Shown here: in pieces, positions 22,489 through 34,091 of the stretch
Position numbering within the stretch: position 1 is the first letter of the stretch
Layout: each line of letters starts with the position of its first letter
Source: Planctomycetota bacterium
GTDB lineage: Bacteria; Planctomycetota; UBA1135; UBA2386
Assembly (NCBI GenBank): GCA_046290465.1
Contig: JBKAGP010000001.1
Span: 3,584,001 to 3,648,000, forward strand
Length of the DNA stretch: 64,000 bases
Direction: 5' to 3'
Notes under the pieces: model-generated
The model's input: the letters and a program-made list of their open reading frames with translations, nothing else
What the model was told of the DNA's origin: nothing
Database searches by the model: none
Position numbers and translations under genes: made by a program

Positions 22489-23754
22489 CTACCCGAGTCC
22501 CACGACCAGTTCGCGCATCACGGCGCCGATCCGGCGCGCCTCGTCGTCGCTCGTACACGCCGGTGGCAGCGCGTAGAGCACGTTGCCGAGCGGGCGCAGC
22601 AGCACGCCCCGCTCGATGGCGTCGCGCCGCAATTGCGGGGTGCGCGTCGAGAGGTAGCCGGCGTCCGCATCGGGAACGACCAGGTCGAGGGCGGCCATGC
22701 CGCCGAGGTGGCGCACGTTGCGCACGCGCGGATCCCCGACCAGCGGCTGCAGCTGCTCGTGCACGAGTGCCCCGATGCGCTCGAGGCGGGCGGGCACGTC
22801 CCGCTCTCGCGTCAACCGCAGCGACGCGACCGCGACCGCGCACGCGATCGGGTTGGCGGTGAACGTGTGGCCGTGCGGAAAGAAGCGGGACCGTTCGTGG
22901 TGCAGGAAGCACGCGAACAACTCCTCGGTCGCGATCGTCGCAGCGAGCGGCAGCATGCCGCCGGTGATGCCCTTGGCCAGGCACATCAGGTCCGGCGTGA
23001 CCCCGGCGCGTTCGCAGGCGAACAGGCGACCGGTGCGGCCGAAGCCGGTCATCACCTCGTCGGCGACGAACGGCACGCCGCGATCGGTGCACAGCGCGCG
23101 CGCCTGCTGCACGAATGCCGCGCTGATGATGCGCATGCCCGCCGCCCCCTGCAGCAGCGGCTCCAGCAGGAAGCCGGCGACGCGGCCACCGAGTTCGTCG
23201 AATGCCCGCGTCAGCTGATCGGCATCGGGCGCGATCCGGCGAACCTCGAACAGCAGCGGCGCGAACGCCACGAAGAACGGGTCCGGGTCGCCCGCCGCCA
23301 TCGCGCCGAACGTATCGCCGTGGTAGGCGCCCTCGAGGGCGACGAACACGCGCCGTTCGGGCTCGCCGCGGTGCACCCACGACTGCAGCACCATCTTCAT
23401 CGCGGCCTCGACCGCGGTCGAACCGTCGTCCGAGTAGAACACCCGCGACAGACCGTCCGGCACCACCTCGAGCAGGCCCTCGGCGAGCTGCACGGCCGGC
23501 TCGTGGGTCGCGCCGGCGAACAGCACGTGGTCGAGCTGCCGCGCCTGGGCGTGCATCGCGTCGACCAGAGCCGGCTCCGAGTGGCCGTGCAGCGTCGCCC
23601 ACCACGACGAGATCGCATCGAGGATGCGGCGGCCGTCGGCCAGTTCGAGCCACGCGCCATCGCCGCGCACGACCGGCAGCGGCGCCGCCTCGATGCCGTG
23701 CTGGGTGTAGGGGTGCCAGGTGACGCGCTGGTCGCGCTGCGGCAGGTCAGTCAT
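22489..23754 (-). CDS. bioA: Adenosylmethionine-8-amino-7-oxononanoate transaminase
   Basis: WHPYTQ, DAISSWWATLHGH, YSDDGSTAVEAAMK, YHGDT, DEVMTGFGRTG, AKGITGG, GHTFTANP, LRPLGNV. Confidence 0.96.
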   Translation of the reverse strand: MTDLPQRDQRVTWHPYTQHGIEAAPLPVVRGDGAWLELADGRRILDAISSWWATLHGHSEPALVDAMHAQARQLDHVLFAGATHEPAVQLAEGLLEVVPDGLSRVFYSDDGSTAVEAAMKMVLQSWVHRGEPERRVFVALEGAYHGDTFGAMAAGDPDPFFVAFAPLLFEVRRIAPDADQLTRAFDELGGRVAGFLLEPLLQGAAGMRIISAAFVQQARALCTDRGVPFVADEVMTGFGRTGRLFACERAGVTPDLMCLAKGITGGMLPLAATIATEELFACFLHHERSRFFPHGHTFTANPIACAVAVASLRLTRERDVPARLERIGALVHEQLQPLVGDPRVRNVRHLGGMAALDLVVPDADAGYLSTRTPQLRRDAIERGVLLRPLGNVLYALPPACTSDDEARRIGAVMRELVVGLG

Positions 23755-25555
23755 CGAACAACTCCGCGAGGTCGTGCTGCGCGAGCCAGTCGTCGAGCGC
23801 CGCAGGGACCAGCCGCGCGAACGCAGGCACTTCGTAGCACCGCTCGACGCCGGCGAGCTGGCGCAGCGTCGCGAGGTTGCTCGGGTGCGGCTCGCCGACC
23901 AGGAACAGCGCCCGCGGCGTCAGGCCGCGGCCGCGCAGCGCTTCGACCGACAGCAGCGTGTGGTTGAGCGTGCCGAGCCCTGAGCGCGCCACCAGCACGA
24001 CATCGGCCTGCATGCGCGCCAGCCAGTCGAGCTGCAGCACCGGCGGTTGCAGGTCGATCGGCACCGACAGCCCGCCGGCGAACTCGACCAGCAGCCGGCC
24101 CTCGGTCGCGCTGCGGTGCCGTTCGTAGTCGCGGTGCAGCGCCGCCGGGTCGACGCGCTGGCCCGCCGCCGCGGCCGCCTCGTGCGGTGAGGCCGGCAGC
24201 GGGAAGTGCGCGTGGTTGGGCAGCAGCCGGTCGTCCGCGGCCTCGCCCAGTTCGCGCACCACCGCGGTGTCGTCGTCGTCGCCGGTCTGCAGCGGCTTCC
24301 AGTAGCTGGCCGGACCGAGGCGACCGGCCGCGCGCAGCAACAGCGCGCTGATCACGGTCTTGCCGACGCCGGTGTCGGTGCCGGCGATGCAGGTCACGCT
24401 GCTGCGCGGCAGCACCTCGGGCGCGACCCGTTCGGGCCGGTCGCGCAAGCGCGCCGCCAGCCGCTCGATCTGCTCGGCCGACTGGTCGGCGTGGCACACC
24501 ACCCGCAGGCCGGCATCCGCCGGAGCGACCGTCGGCGGTCGCACGGCCGGAGCGTAGAAGCCGTCGTCGCGCAGCCGCGTCGCCAGCGCCGCGGCGGCCG
24601 CGCTGTCCCCGACCGGCACCGGCACGATCGCCGCCGCAGGCTCGGGCAGGTCGAGCCGCGCGGCCAGCGCCCGGGCGTTGGCGAGCGTCGCTGCGCGCAG
24701 ATCGTCGGCCTCGCGACAGCGCTCGATGGCGGCCAGCAGCGCCCCCGCGACCGGCGGCGGCGGCGCCGTCGTGAACAGGAACGAACGCGCCGCGTGCACC
24801 AGGTGCGAGCGCAGCGCGTCGCTGCCGACGACGAACGCGCCGGCGACCCCGAGCGACTTGCCGCCGGTCACGAGCCGCGCGCACAGCCGGTGTGGCCCCG
24901 ACACGTCGGCCTCCGCCCACGCGCCGGCGCCAGCCGGACCGAGCAGGCCAACCGAGTGCGCCTCGTCGACGACCAGCCAGGCGTCGTAGCGACGACACAG
25001 CGCGTCGATCGCCGCGAGCGGCGCGCGGTCCCCTGCCATGCTGAAGACCGCCTCGGTCAGCACCAGGCGTCGCCGGGCGCCGGCGGCGCGCTGCAGAGCC
25101 CGTTCGAGGTCGTCGAGGTCGCAGTGCTCGTGCACCAGCACGCGCGCCCGCGACAGGCGCGCGCCGTCGATCAGCGACGCGTGGTTGTCGCGATCGGAGA
25201 CGACCGCGTCGCCGCGCCCGACCAGCGCGCCGACCAGCCCGACGTTGGCCTGGTAGCCCGACGGGAACAGCAGCGCCGCCTCGGCGCCGAGCCACGCCGC
25301 CATCGCGGCCTCCGCGCGTTCGTGCAGCGGCGAGCCGCCGGCGAGCAGGCGCGCCGACCGGCCGCCGACGCCGTGCGCGACGGCCGCCACCATCGCAGCC
25401 GCGATCGCCGGATCGCGGGACAGCCCGAGGTAGTCGTTGCTGCCGAAGTCGAGACCCGGCACCGATCCGTCGAGGAAGGTCGCGCGGCGCAGGCCGCGGC
25501 GTTCGCGTTCGTCGAGCGCGGCCTGCAGCTCCCGGTCGAGTTGCTGGTCGTGCAC
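23747..25555 (-). CDS. bioF-bioD: Fused 8-amino-7-oxononanoate synthase / dethiobiotin synthase
   Basis: N-terminal DFGSNDYLGL, SGYQAN, NHASLIDG, VDEAHSVG, GKSLG (BioF); C-terminal GTDTGVGKT, WKPLQTG, VEFAGGL, SGLGTLNH (BioD). One open frame. Confidence 0.92.
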   Translation of the reverse strand: MHDQQLDRELQAALDERERRGLRRATFLDGSVPGLDFGSNDYLGLSRDPAIAAAMVAAVAHGVGGRSARLLAGGSPLHERAEAAMAAWLGAEAALLFPSGYQANVGLVGALVGRGDAVVSDRDNHASLIDGARLSRARVLVHEHCDLDDLERALQRAAGARRRLVLTEAVFSMAGDRAPLAAIDALCRRYDAWLVVDEAHSVGLLGPAGAGAWAEADVSGPHRLCARLVTGGKSLGVAGAFVVGSDALRSHLVHAARSFLFTTAPPPPVAGALLAAIERCREADDLRAATLANARALAARLDLPEPAAAIVPVPVGDSAAAAALATRLRDDGFYAPAVRPPTVAPADAGLRVVCHADQSAEQIERLAARLRDRPERVAPEVLPRSSVTCIAGTDTGVGKTVISALLLRAAGRLGPASYWKPLQTGDDDDTAVVRELGEAADDRLLPNHAHFPLPASPHEAAAAAGQRVDPAALHRDYERHRSATEGRLLVEFAGGLSVPIDLQPPVLQLDWLARMQADVVLVARSGLGTLNHTLLSVEALRGRGLTPRALFLVGEPHPSNLATLRQLAGVERCYEVPAFARLVPAALDDWLAQHDLAELFDD

Positions 25556-25557
25556 GC

Positions 25558-26559
25558 CTAGCCTTCCGTCGCCGCGCCCGGATCCGCCACCGCGTTGATC
25601 AGAAGCTTCTGCAGCAGCGCCGCGTCGGTCGCAGGCGCCGGGTTCGGGGTGGTCAGCAGTTCGTCACCGACGAACATCGAGTTGGCGCCGGCGAGGAAGC
25701 ACATCGCCTGGGTCGCCTCGTCGAGATCGGTGCGCCCCGCCGACAGCCGCACGGCCGTGCGCGGCATCAGCACCCGCGCGGCGGCGACCATGCGCACCAG
25801 CTCGGTCCAGTCGAGCTGCTCCGAGCCTGCCATCGGCGTGCCCTCGACCTGCACCAGCGTGTTGATCGGCACCGACTCCGGCTGCGGGTCGAGGTTGGCC
25901 AGCTCGTGCAGCAGCTCGGCGCGCCCCTGACGCTGCTCGCCGAGGCCGAGGATGCCGCCGCAGCAGACCTTGACGCCGGCCTTGCGAACGTTCGCGAGCG
26001 TGTCGAGACGGTCGTCGTAGGTCCGCGTGGTGATGACCTTCTCGTAGTGCGTGCGACCGGTGTCGAGGTTGTGGTTGTAGTAGTCGAGCCCCGCCTGCTG
26101 CAGCTGCGTGGCCTGCTCCTCGTCGAGCATGCCGAGCGTCACGCAGGCCTCCATGCCGAGTTGCTTGACGCCCCGCACCATCTCGAGCACGCGGTCGAAC
26201 GGCTCGCCCTTCTTGACCGAACGCCACGCCGCTCCCATGCAGAAGCGCTCGGCACCGTTCATGCGCGCGGCCTTGGCCGCAGCCAGGACCTGGTCGACCT
26301 CCATCAGCGGCTCGCGCTCGACCGGCGTCTCGTGGTGCGCGCTCTGCGAGCAGTAGCCGCAATCCTCGGGACAGCCACCGGTCTTGATCGACAGCAGCTG
26401 CGAGCACTGCACGCGCTGCGGATCGTGGTGCTGGCGATGCACCGTCGCAGCCTCGAAGACGAGCTCGAGCAGCGGCTTCTGCAGCAGCGCTTCGACGTGG
26501 GCGAGCGAGACGGAGCCGGGGGCTCCGGACGGGTCGGCGACCGGGGTGTGCGAGTCCAT
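25558..26559 (-). CDS. bioB: Biotin synthase
   Basis: [55 protein letters not shown]. Confidence 0.98.
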   Translation of the reverse strand: MDSHTPVADPSGAPGSVSLAHVEALLQKPLLELVFEAATVHRQHHDPQRVQCSQLLSIKTGGCPEDCGYCSQSAHHETPVEREPLMEVDQVLAAAKAARMNGAERFCMGAAWRSVKKGEPFDRVLEMVRGVKQLGMEACVTLGMLDEEQATQLQQAGLDYYNHNLDTGRTHYEKVITTRTYDDRLDTLANVRKAGVKVCCGGILGLGEQRQGRAELLHELANLDPQPESVPINTLVQVEGTPMAGSEQLDWTELVRMVAAARVLMPRTAVRLSAGRTDLDEATQAMCFLAGANSMFVGDELLTTPNPAPATDAALLQKLLINAVADPGAATEG

Positions 26560-26640
26560 TTCGGACGGAGGATGCTAGGTCCCCCGCCCCGCGGATTCAC
26601 GTCACGTGCACTTCACGCGAACGGCCGCTGCGCCACCCGA

Positions 26641-26666
26641 TCAGGCCTGTGCGTCAGGCCTTCGCG

Positions 26667-26679
<13 letters not shown>
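26641..26679. repeat. 3 x 13-bp tandem repeat TCAGGCCT(T/G)(C/T)GCG at the 3' end of the M20 peptidase gene
   Basis: tcaggcctgtgcg / tcaggccttcgcg / tcaggccttcgcg; the third copy contains the gene's stop codon. Confidence 0.9.
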
Positions 26680-28208
<1,529 letters not shown>

Positions 28209-28283
28209 GGCGATGCGCCGCCAATCTGACGGCACGCATCGCGTCGGCTCAAGCGCGTTCGGCCATCGGCGGCCGCAATCCGC

Positions 28284-28883
28284 TCACCTGCCGCCGAACG
28301 CCGCGCGCACCAGGTCGTCAGCGGTCCAGTCCTCGGGGCGATGCTGCAGCGGGGTCGTGCCGGGCACGCGCACCAGCAGGTAGCGCGAACGCGTGAACAT
28401 CGGCTCGACGTCGTTCGGCGCCTGCAGGCTGTTGAAGGCCTCGACCGCGATCGTGTTGGCGTCGACCGCGCCGCCGGCGAGCGCCGTCTCGATGCGCGTG
28501 CCGGCCGACGGGCGTCGATCGACCACGAGACCGTAGAACACGCGCGACGCGTCGATCTGGTTGACGTAGCTGATCAGCGGCGCGCCGATGATCGCAGCCA
28601 GGTCGTCGGGGTCGACGCTCAGGCCGCCGATCGTCGCGATGCGCGTCGGCTCGAACTGGAACATCGTGCCGTCGACCGGCGGGTCCGGGACGGTCGCGTT
28701 GGTCTCGACGACCGTCGCGTTCTGGATGACCCAGGTGCCCGCCATGTCGATCTGGACGCCGCCGGCGCCCTCGGGCACGGCGGCCGGGATGTCGGGACCC
28801 GAGGGGCCACCGCCGCCACCACCACTGCTGCAGGCGGCGACGAGGGCGAGAAGGAAGACGCTGACCGGACGATTCCTCTTCAT
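28284..28883 (-). CDS. Hypothetical lipoprotein
   Basis: MKRNRPVSVFLLALVAAC followed by SSGGGGGG linker. Confidence 0.72.
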   Translation of the reverse strand: MKRNRPVSVFLLALVAACSSGGGGGGPSGPDIPAAVPEGAGGVQIDMAGTWVIQNATVVETNATVPDPPVDGTMFQFEPTRIATIGGLSVDPDDLAAIIGAPLISYVNQIDASRVFYGLVVDRRPSAGTRIETALAGGAVDANTIAVEAFNSLQAPNDVEPMFTRSRYLLVRVPGTTPLQHRPEDWTADDLVRAAFGGR

Positions 28884-29008
28884 GGGCAGATTGGGGTTCA
28901 AGCGCGCAGATTCGCACGCCGCCCTCTCCGCCGTCAACGAAGATCCGGTGGCAGCGGAGAATGCCGCCGGACCGGCCCCGGCGACCTCCGCGCGGGAGCC
29001 CAGCTCCC

Positions 29009-31054
29009 CTACCCGGTCGACGACACGCCGCGCGTGCGCGCTTCGGCGATCGCGGCGGCGACATCGGACGGCGTGAACGGCTTGCACAAGAACGCGTCGA
29101 CGGTGCCGTGGGCGCACGCGGCCCGCGCCTCCATCTCCCCGAGACCGCTGGTCAGCACGATCGGCGCGTCGACGCCCAGCGCGCGCACGCGCCGCGCCAA
29201 TTCGGCGCCGTCGAGCCCCGGCATCGTGAAGTCGAAGATCAGCAGATCGAACCCGTTCGGCTCGGCCTCGATGCGGCGCAGGCCGGACTCACCGTCGGCG
29301 GCGACCTCGGCGCCGAGTCCCTGCCGGGCGAGGATGCGCTTCATCACGCTGCCGATGACCTCCTCGTCCTCGACGACGAGCACGCGGCCGTCCGCCGCCG
29401 ACGGGCAACCCTGGCGCGGTGCCGGCGGGAGCACCGCACCGGCCGGCGTCGCCGGCAGCGAGATCCAGAACGTCGTGCCCTCCCCGGGTCGGGAACGCAC
29501 GTCGAGGCAACCGCCGTGGCCGCTGATGATGCCGAGCACCGCCGCGAGCCCGAGGCCGCGCCCGGAGTCCTTGGTCGTGAAGAACGGCTCGAAGATGCGC
29601 GCCTGGGTGTCGCGGTCCATGCCGCTGCCCTCGTCCTCGACGGTGATCTCGAGCCAGTCCTGCTGCGAAGCCTCCAAGGTCGCCAGCCGCGACGTCGGCC
29701 GCCAGCCGCGACGCAGCCGCGCGCGCACGCGCACGACGCCATCGCTGCCCTCGTACGCATCCGCGGCGTTGAGGATCAGGTTCATCAGCACCTGACGGAT
29801 CTGCACCGGGTCGGCCGCGATCACCGGCAGGTCTGGCTCGAGGTCGATCACCAGCCGCGAGCGCTGGCAGACCGTGCCGGGCAGCAGCGTCGGGATCTCA
29901 CCGAGCAGTTCGGCGAGGTCGAGCGCTTGCCTGGCCGGCTGGCGCTTGCCGGCGTACTGCATCAGCTGCGAGGTCAACTCGGCGGCGCGCTGCGATGCGA
30001 TCCGGATGTCGGTCGCGCTCTTGCGCAGCTCGTCGGGCACCTCGTGCGATTCCTCGATCAGCGCGGCGTTCGCCATCATGCCGACGAGCAGGTTGTTGAA
30101 GTCGTGCGCGACGCCGCCGGCGAGCACGCCGAGGCTCTCGAGCTTCTGGGCCTGCTGCATCGCGCGTTCGACCCGGCGGCGCTCGGTCAGGTCGCGAGCG
30201 ATGCCGACGATGCCGACGACCGAGCCGTCGTCGTCGCGCAGCGGGTCCTTGCGGATCAGGTATTCGCGCTGCTCACCGTCGACCTTCGAAGTCACCTCGA
30301 GTTCGTGCACGATCGACTCGTTGGTCGCGACGACGCGACGGTCGTACTCGATCGACTCGCGCATCTGCTCGAGCCCGTAGAGGTCTTCGTCGCTGCGGCC
30401 GACCATCTGTTCGCACGACAGGCCGCGGTGGCGCGCCTCGGCCTCGTTGACGAGCCGGTAGCGGCCGTCGATGCCCTTGACGAAGATCGGGTCCTCGGCG
30501 CAGTCGATCACCGCGCGCAGCAGGTTGCTCTGCTCGGCCGCGCGGCCCTCGGTGCGCTCGATCCGGATCGCGACCCCGGCCAGGTAGGCGGCCAGCTCGA
30601 GCAGCTTGCGCTGCTCGTCGGACGGCGAGCCCGCGACCGTGCGCGAGATCGCGAACGTCCCGGCGATGGTCTGTTCGTCGAGGAAGATCGGCACCGACCA
30701 GCACGCCTTGATGCCGTAGGTCGCAGCGACCTCGCGCAGGTTCTGCCAGCGGGGATCGGTCGACGTATCGAACACCGCGACCATCTGCCGCTCGAACACC
30801 GACGAGCCGCACGAGCCCGCGAACGGCCCTGGCGTCAGCACCCCGAACGCCTCGAGCACCTCCGCCGGCGCGCTCGGAGCGTTGCAGAACGTCAGCGAGT
30901 TCTGCACCGCGTCGTAGCGCATCACCGTCGCCAGGCCGTGCGGCACGGCCTGCTGGATCAGCTCGCAGAGGCGATCGAGGATCTCGCTGGTCGGACGCCG
31001 GGCGGCGACCTGCTCCAGCACCGATCGCTGAAGGGCATGGATGGCGTCGTTCAT
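29009..31054 (-). CDS. Cytoplasmic hybrid histidine kinase (GAF-PAS-HisKA-HATPase-REC)
   Basis: GAF (GSCG...DPRW...CWSVPI), PAS (IFVKGIDGRYRLVN...GIARDLTE), AHDFNNLL, FEPFFTTK, GRGLGL, receiver DFTMPG...KPF. Confidence 0.93.
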   Translation of the reverse strand: MNDAIHALQRSVLEQVAARRPTSEILDRLCELIQQAVPHGLATVMRYDAVQNSLTFCNAPSAPAEVLEAFGVLTPGPFAGSCGSSVFERQMVAVFDTSTDPRWQNLREVAATYGIKACWSVPIFLDEQTIAGTFAISRTVAGSPSDEQRKLLELAAYLAGVAIRIERTEGRAAEQSNLLRAVIDCAEDPIFVKGIDGRYRLVNEAEARHRGLSCEQMVGRSDEDLYGLEQMRESIEYDRRVVATNESIVHELEVTSKVDGEQREYLIRKDPLRDDDGSVVGIVGIARDLTERRRVERAMQQAQKLESLGVLAGGVAHDFNNLLVGMMANAALIEESHEVPDELRKSATDIRIASQRAAELTSQLMQYAGKRQPARQALDLAELLGEIPTLLPGTVCQRSRLVIDLEPDLPVIAADPVQIRQVLMNLILNAADAYEGSDGVVRVRARLRRGWRPTSRLATLEASQQDWLEITVEDEGSGMDRDTQARIFEPFFTTKDSGRGLGLAAVLGIISGHGGCLDVRSRPGEGTTFWISLPATPAGAVLPPAPRQGCPSAADGRVLVVEDEEVIGSVMKRILARQGLGAEVAADGESGLRRIEAEPNGFDLLIFDFTMPGLDGAELARRVRALGVDAPIVLTSGLGEMEARAACAHGTVDAFLCKPFTPSDVAAAIAEARTRGVSSTG

Positions 31055-31187
31055 CGGGGCCGACTCCGTAGGTGATGGGTGTCGACCGCTTCATCGGCAC
31101 CCGAGGACCCGCACCTTGGCGCGAACCTTCGATGCTACCGCCGGTCCAGCCGCCCCGGGCTCGGCCAGTGTGCGTATCCAGGGCGTG

Positions 31188-32591
31188 CTAACGGTCGGCC
31201 AGCGCGGCAGCTGCATACGCCAGCACGGCCGCGCCCAAAGCCAGCTCGCGCTCGTTGACGGCTGGCAGGTCGTCGACCGAAGTGTGGTGGTAGTCGAAGT
31301 AGCGGTGGCCGTCGACCCACATGCCGAAGCACGGCACGCCGCGCGCATGCAGCACGCTGATGTCGGCGCCGCCGGCACCGGCCCCCGGCAAGAACAGGCC
31401 CGCACCGAGTTCGTCGAGCGGTGCGAACCGCTGCTCGACCGCGACCGCCTCGTCACCGCGCAACGAGCACGAGAAGCCCTTGGGCGTGAAGCCGCCCGAA
31501 TCGGTCTCGATCGCCGCGACGTGCCGCGCGATCTCGTGCTCGTGCGCCGCCGCGTAGGCTTGCGCGCCGCGCAGACCGTTCTCCTCGTTGGCGAACAGCA
31601 CCACCCGGATGGTGCGCTTCGGCCGCCAGCCGATCGCACGCAGCAGCCGCACCGCTTCGAGGCAGTGCACGCAACCCGCACCGTCGTCGTGCGCACCGGT
31701 GCCGAGGTCCCACGCGTCGAGGTGGCCGCCGATCAACACCAGTTCGTCGGGGCGTTCGCTGCCGCGCAGCTCACCGATCACGTTGTGGCCCTCGACGTCC
31801 TCGAGCGTGCGGCAACCGAGTTCGAGGCTGACGCGCACCGGTCCGTTCTCGAGCATCGCGGCCAGCGCCTCGGCGTCCTCGGTCGCGATCGCCGCGGCCG
31901 GCACCTTGGCGACGTCGTCGTCGTAGCGCATCGCGCCGGTGTGCGGAAAGCCGTCGACGGCGGTCGTCATCGAACGCACCAACGCGGCCACCGCGCCGAC
32001 CTTGGCGGCCTCGATCGCGCCGTTGCTGCGCTGCGGCACCGCTGCGCCGTAGGCACGGCCGGTGCGACGGAACGCGCGCGGCATCGGCCGGTTGAAGAAC
32101 ACGATCTTGCCCTTGGCCGCGGCCCCTAGCTGCTGCAGCTGTTCGAACGAACGGACCTCGACGACCTCGGCCTCGACGCCACCGATCGGCGTTCCGACGC
32201 TGCCGCCGAGCGCCGTCACGCGCAACGGCGTGGCGGTCGGCGCCGTCGTCGCGGCCGCCTCGACACCGCGGCGCCAGTTGGGCACCATCACGTTCTCGAG
32301 GCGGACCTCGTCGAAGCCGATCTCGCGCATCGTCGTGGCCGCCCACTGCTCGGCGTCGAGCATGCCCTGCGAGCCGGCCAGCCGCTTCGGCGCCGCCTCG
32401 ACCAGCGAACGCAGCGTTGCGATCGCGCGGTTGTCGTCGAGCGCCCGGGCCTCGAGGGCGAGCGCGCGCTCGCGCAGCGCCGGGTCCACTGCGGATCCAT
32501 CCAAAAGCTTCGCCGACGGCGTAGCGCCGCAGCCACCGAGGATTGCGGCCGTGACCAGGAACGAGAGTGCGCGCGAAGGCCTGCAGTGCAT
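31188..32591 (-). CDS. M28-family peptidase (carboxypeptidase Q-like) lipoprotein with PA domain
   Basis: Lipobox-like LGGC; RLAGS, GGHLDAWD, GAHDDGAG, NEENGL, ETDSG, YFDYHH. Confidence 0.92.
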   Translation of the reverse strand: MHCRPSRALSFLVTAAILGGCGATPSAKLLDGSAVDPALRERALALEARALDDNRAIATLRSLVEAAPKRLAGSQGMLDAEQWAATTMREIGFDEVRLENVMVPNWRRGVEAAATTAPTATPLRVTALGGSVGTPIGGVEAEVVEVRSFEQLQQLGAAAKGKIVFFNRPMPRAFRRTGRAYGAAVPQRSNGAIEAAKVGAVAALVRSMTTAVDGFPHTGAMRYDDDVAKVPAAAIATEDAEALAAMLENGPVRVSLELGCRTLEDVEGHNVIGELRGSERPDELVLIGGHLDAWDLGTGAHDDGAGCVHCLEAVRLLRAIGWRPKRTIRVVLFANEENGLRGAQAYAAAHEHEIARHVAAIETDSGGFTPKGFSCSLRGDEAVAVEQRFAPLDELGAGLFLPGAGAGGADISVLHARGVPCFGMWVDGHRYFDYHHTSVDDLPAVNERELALGAAVLAYAAAALADR

Positions 32592-32597
32592 CGCAGA

Positions 32598-32618
32598 ATC
32601 CTATGCGTCGCCTACACT
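32598..32618. promoter_or_regulatory. Back-to-back -10-like hexamers for the divergent M28 and CE15 genes (probable leaderless transcripts)
   Basis: TAGGAT (minus strand, 32598-32603) lies 6 nt before ATG 32591; TACACT (plus strand, 32613-32618) lies 8 nt before ATG 32627. No SD before either. Confidence 0.5.
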
Positions 32619-32626
32619 CGCCGGCC

Positions 32627-33952
32627 ATGCGTGGCTCGCCAACGACCGCTCCGACCGACCATCCGCTGCTGGCATCGACGCTGGCCGCGACGCTGGCGTT
32701 CGCCCAGATCGCCGCCTGCCAGCAGGATCGCCCGGCCCGATGCGAGCCGGACGCGCTGGTGTGCCTCGACGGTTCGCGGGTCGAGACCGCCGAGCAGTGG
32801 CGCACCAGGCGGCGACCGGAATTGCTGGAGCTGTTCCGGCGCCAGATGTACGGACGCGCGCCCCGGCCGAGCGCGATCACGATCGAAGAACGTTCGCAGG
32901 CGCCGGCGCTCGACGGCAAGGCGCTGCGCAAGCAGTGGCACGTCCGCTACGCCGAGGGGCCGACGGCCGTCGTGCGGGTGCTCGCCTACCTGCCGGCCGA
33001 ACGCGACGGCGCGGTGCCGGTGTTCCTGGCGCTCAACTTCGACGGCAACCAGACCGTGCACCCGGACCCCGACATCCGGCTCGCCTCGAGCTGGGTGCGC
33101 AACTCCGACGAGCACGACATCCACGATCATCGCGCCAACGAGTCGACCCGCGGCCGCGCGGCACGGCGCTGGCCGGTCGAGGCGATCCTGGCTCGCGGCT
33201 ACGGCCTGGTGACCGCCTACTACGGCGACCTCGACCCGGACTTCGACGACGGCTTCCACAACGGCGTGCACGGCGTGCTCGACCCGCAACGCGACGGCCC
33301 GCGACCGCCGGACGCGTGGGGCGCGATCAGCGCATGGGCCTGGGGGCTGTCGCGCATCGTCGACTCGCTCGAGCACGACGACGACATCGACGGCCGCCGC
33401 ATCGCCCTGCTCGGCCACTCCCGCCTCGGCAAGACGTCGCTGTGGGCCGGCGCGCAGGACGAGCGCTTCGCGCTGGTGATCGCCAACGAGTCCGGCTGCG
33501 GCGGCGCCGCCTACGCGCGTCGCAAGCAGGGCGAGACGGTGGCGGCGATCACCCGGAACTTCCCGCACTGGTTCTGCCGCGCGTTCCGCAGCTACGCCGA
33601 CAAGGAGGAGCAGATGCCGTTCGACCAGCACCTGCTGGTCGCGCTGTGCGCGCCCCGTCCGGTCTACGTCGCGAGCGCCGAACAGGACCGCTGGGCCGAC
33701 CCCGCCGGCGAGTTCGCGTCCGCCGCCGGTGCCGACGGCGTCTACCGGCTGCTGTGCGGCGACGGCCTGCCGACCACCGAGATGCCGGCCGTGGACACGT
33801 CGATCCAGGGCCGCATCGGCTACCACGTGCGCAGCGGCAAGCACGACCTGCTCGAGGTCGACTGGCAGCACTTCCTCGACTTCGCCGACCGGCACTTCGC
33901 CGGCGATGCGACCGGGGCCGGCAAGGCGGAGCGGCCGGAGAACGGCAAGTAG
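32627..33952 (+). CDS. CE15-family glucuronoyl-esterase-like alpha/beta hydrolase, exported
   Basis: WRTRRRPELLELF..QMYG, WGAISAWAWGLSR, nucleophile motif GHSRLGK, SGCGG, PFDQH, WADP.GE. Confidence 0.88.
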   Translation: MRGSPTTAPTDHPLLASTLAATLAFAQIAACQQDRPARCEPDALVCLDGSRVETAEQWRTRRRPELLELFRRQMYGRAPRPSAITIEERSQAPALDGKALRKQWHVRYAEGPTAVVRVLAYLPAERDGAVPVFLALNFDGNQTVHPDPDIRLASSWVRNSDEHDIHDHRANESTRGRAARRWPVEAILARGYGLVTAYYGDLDPDFDDGFHNGVHGVLDPQRDGPRPPDAWGAISAWAWGLSRIVDSLEHDDDIDGRRIALLGHSRLGKTSLWAGAQDERFALVIANESGCGGAAYARRKQGETVAAITRNFPHWFCRAFRSYADKEEQMPFDQHLLVALCAPRPVYVASAEQDRWADPAGEFASAAGADGVYRLLCGDGLPTTEMPAVDTSIQGRIGYHVRSGKHDLLEVDWQHFLDFADRHFAGDATGAGKAERPENGK

Positions 33953-34091
33953 CGATCCGGGCATTCCTCCTGCTCAGAAGGACGCAGCCGCAAGGCCAGG
34001 CGCCGTAAAGACCCGGTCGCTCTCCGCGCAACGCGGCAAATCACCAATTCCGCGTGACAGGGACCGCCGCGGCACGCCCACCCCCCGCGTC

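Noticed and set aside
26560..26640. Possible BirA operator upstream of bioB
   Set aside because: No TGTAAACC-N-GGTTTACA-like palindrome is visible.
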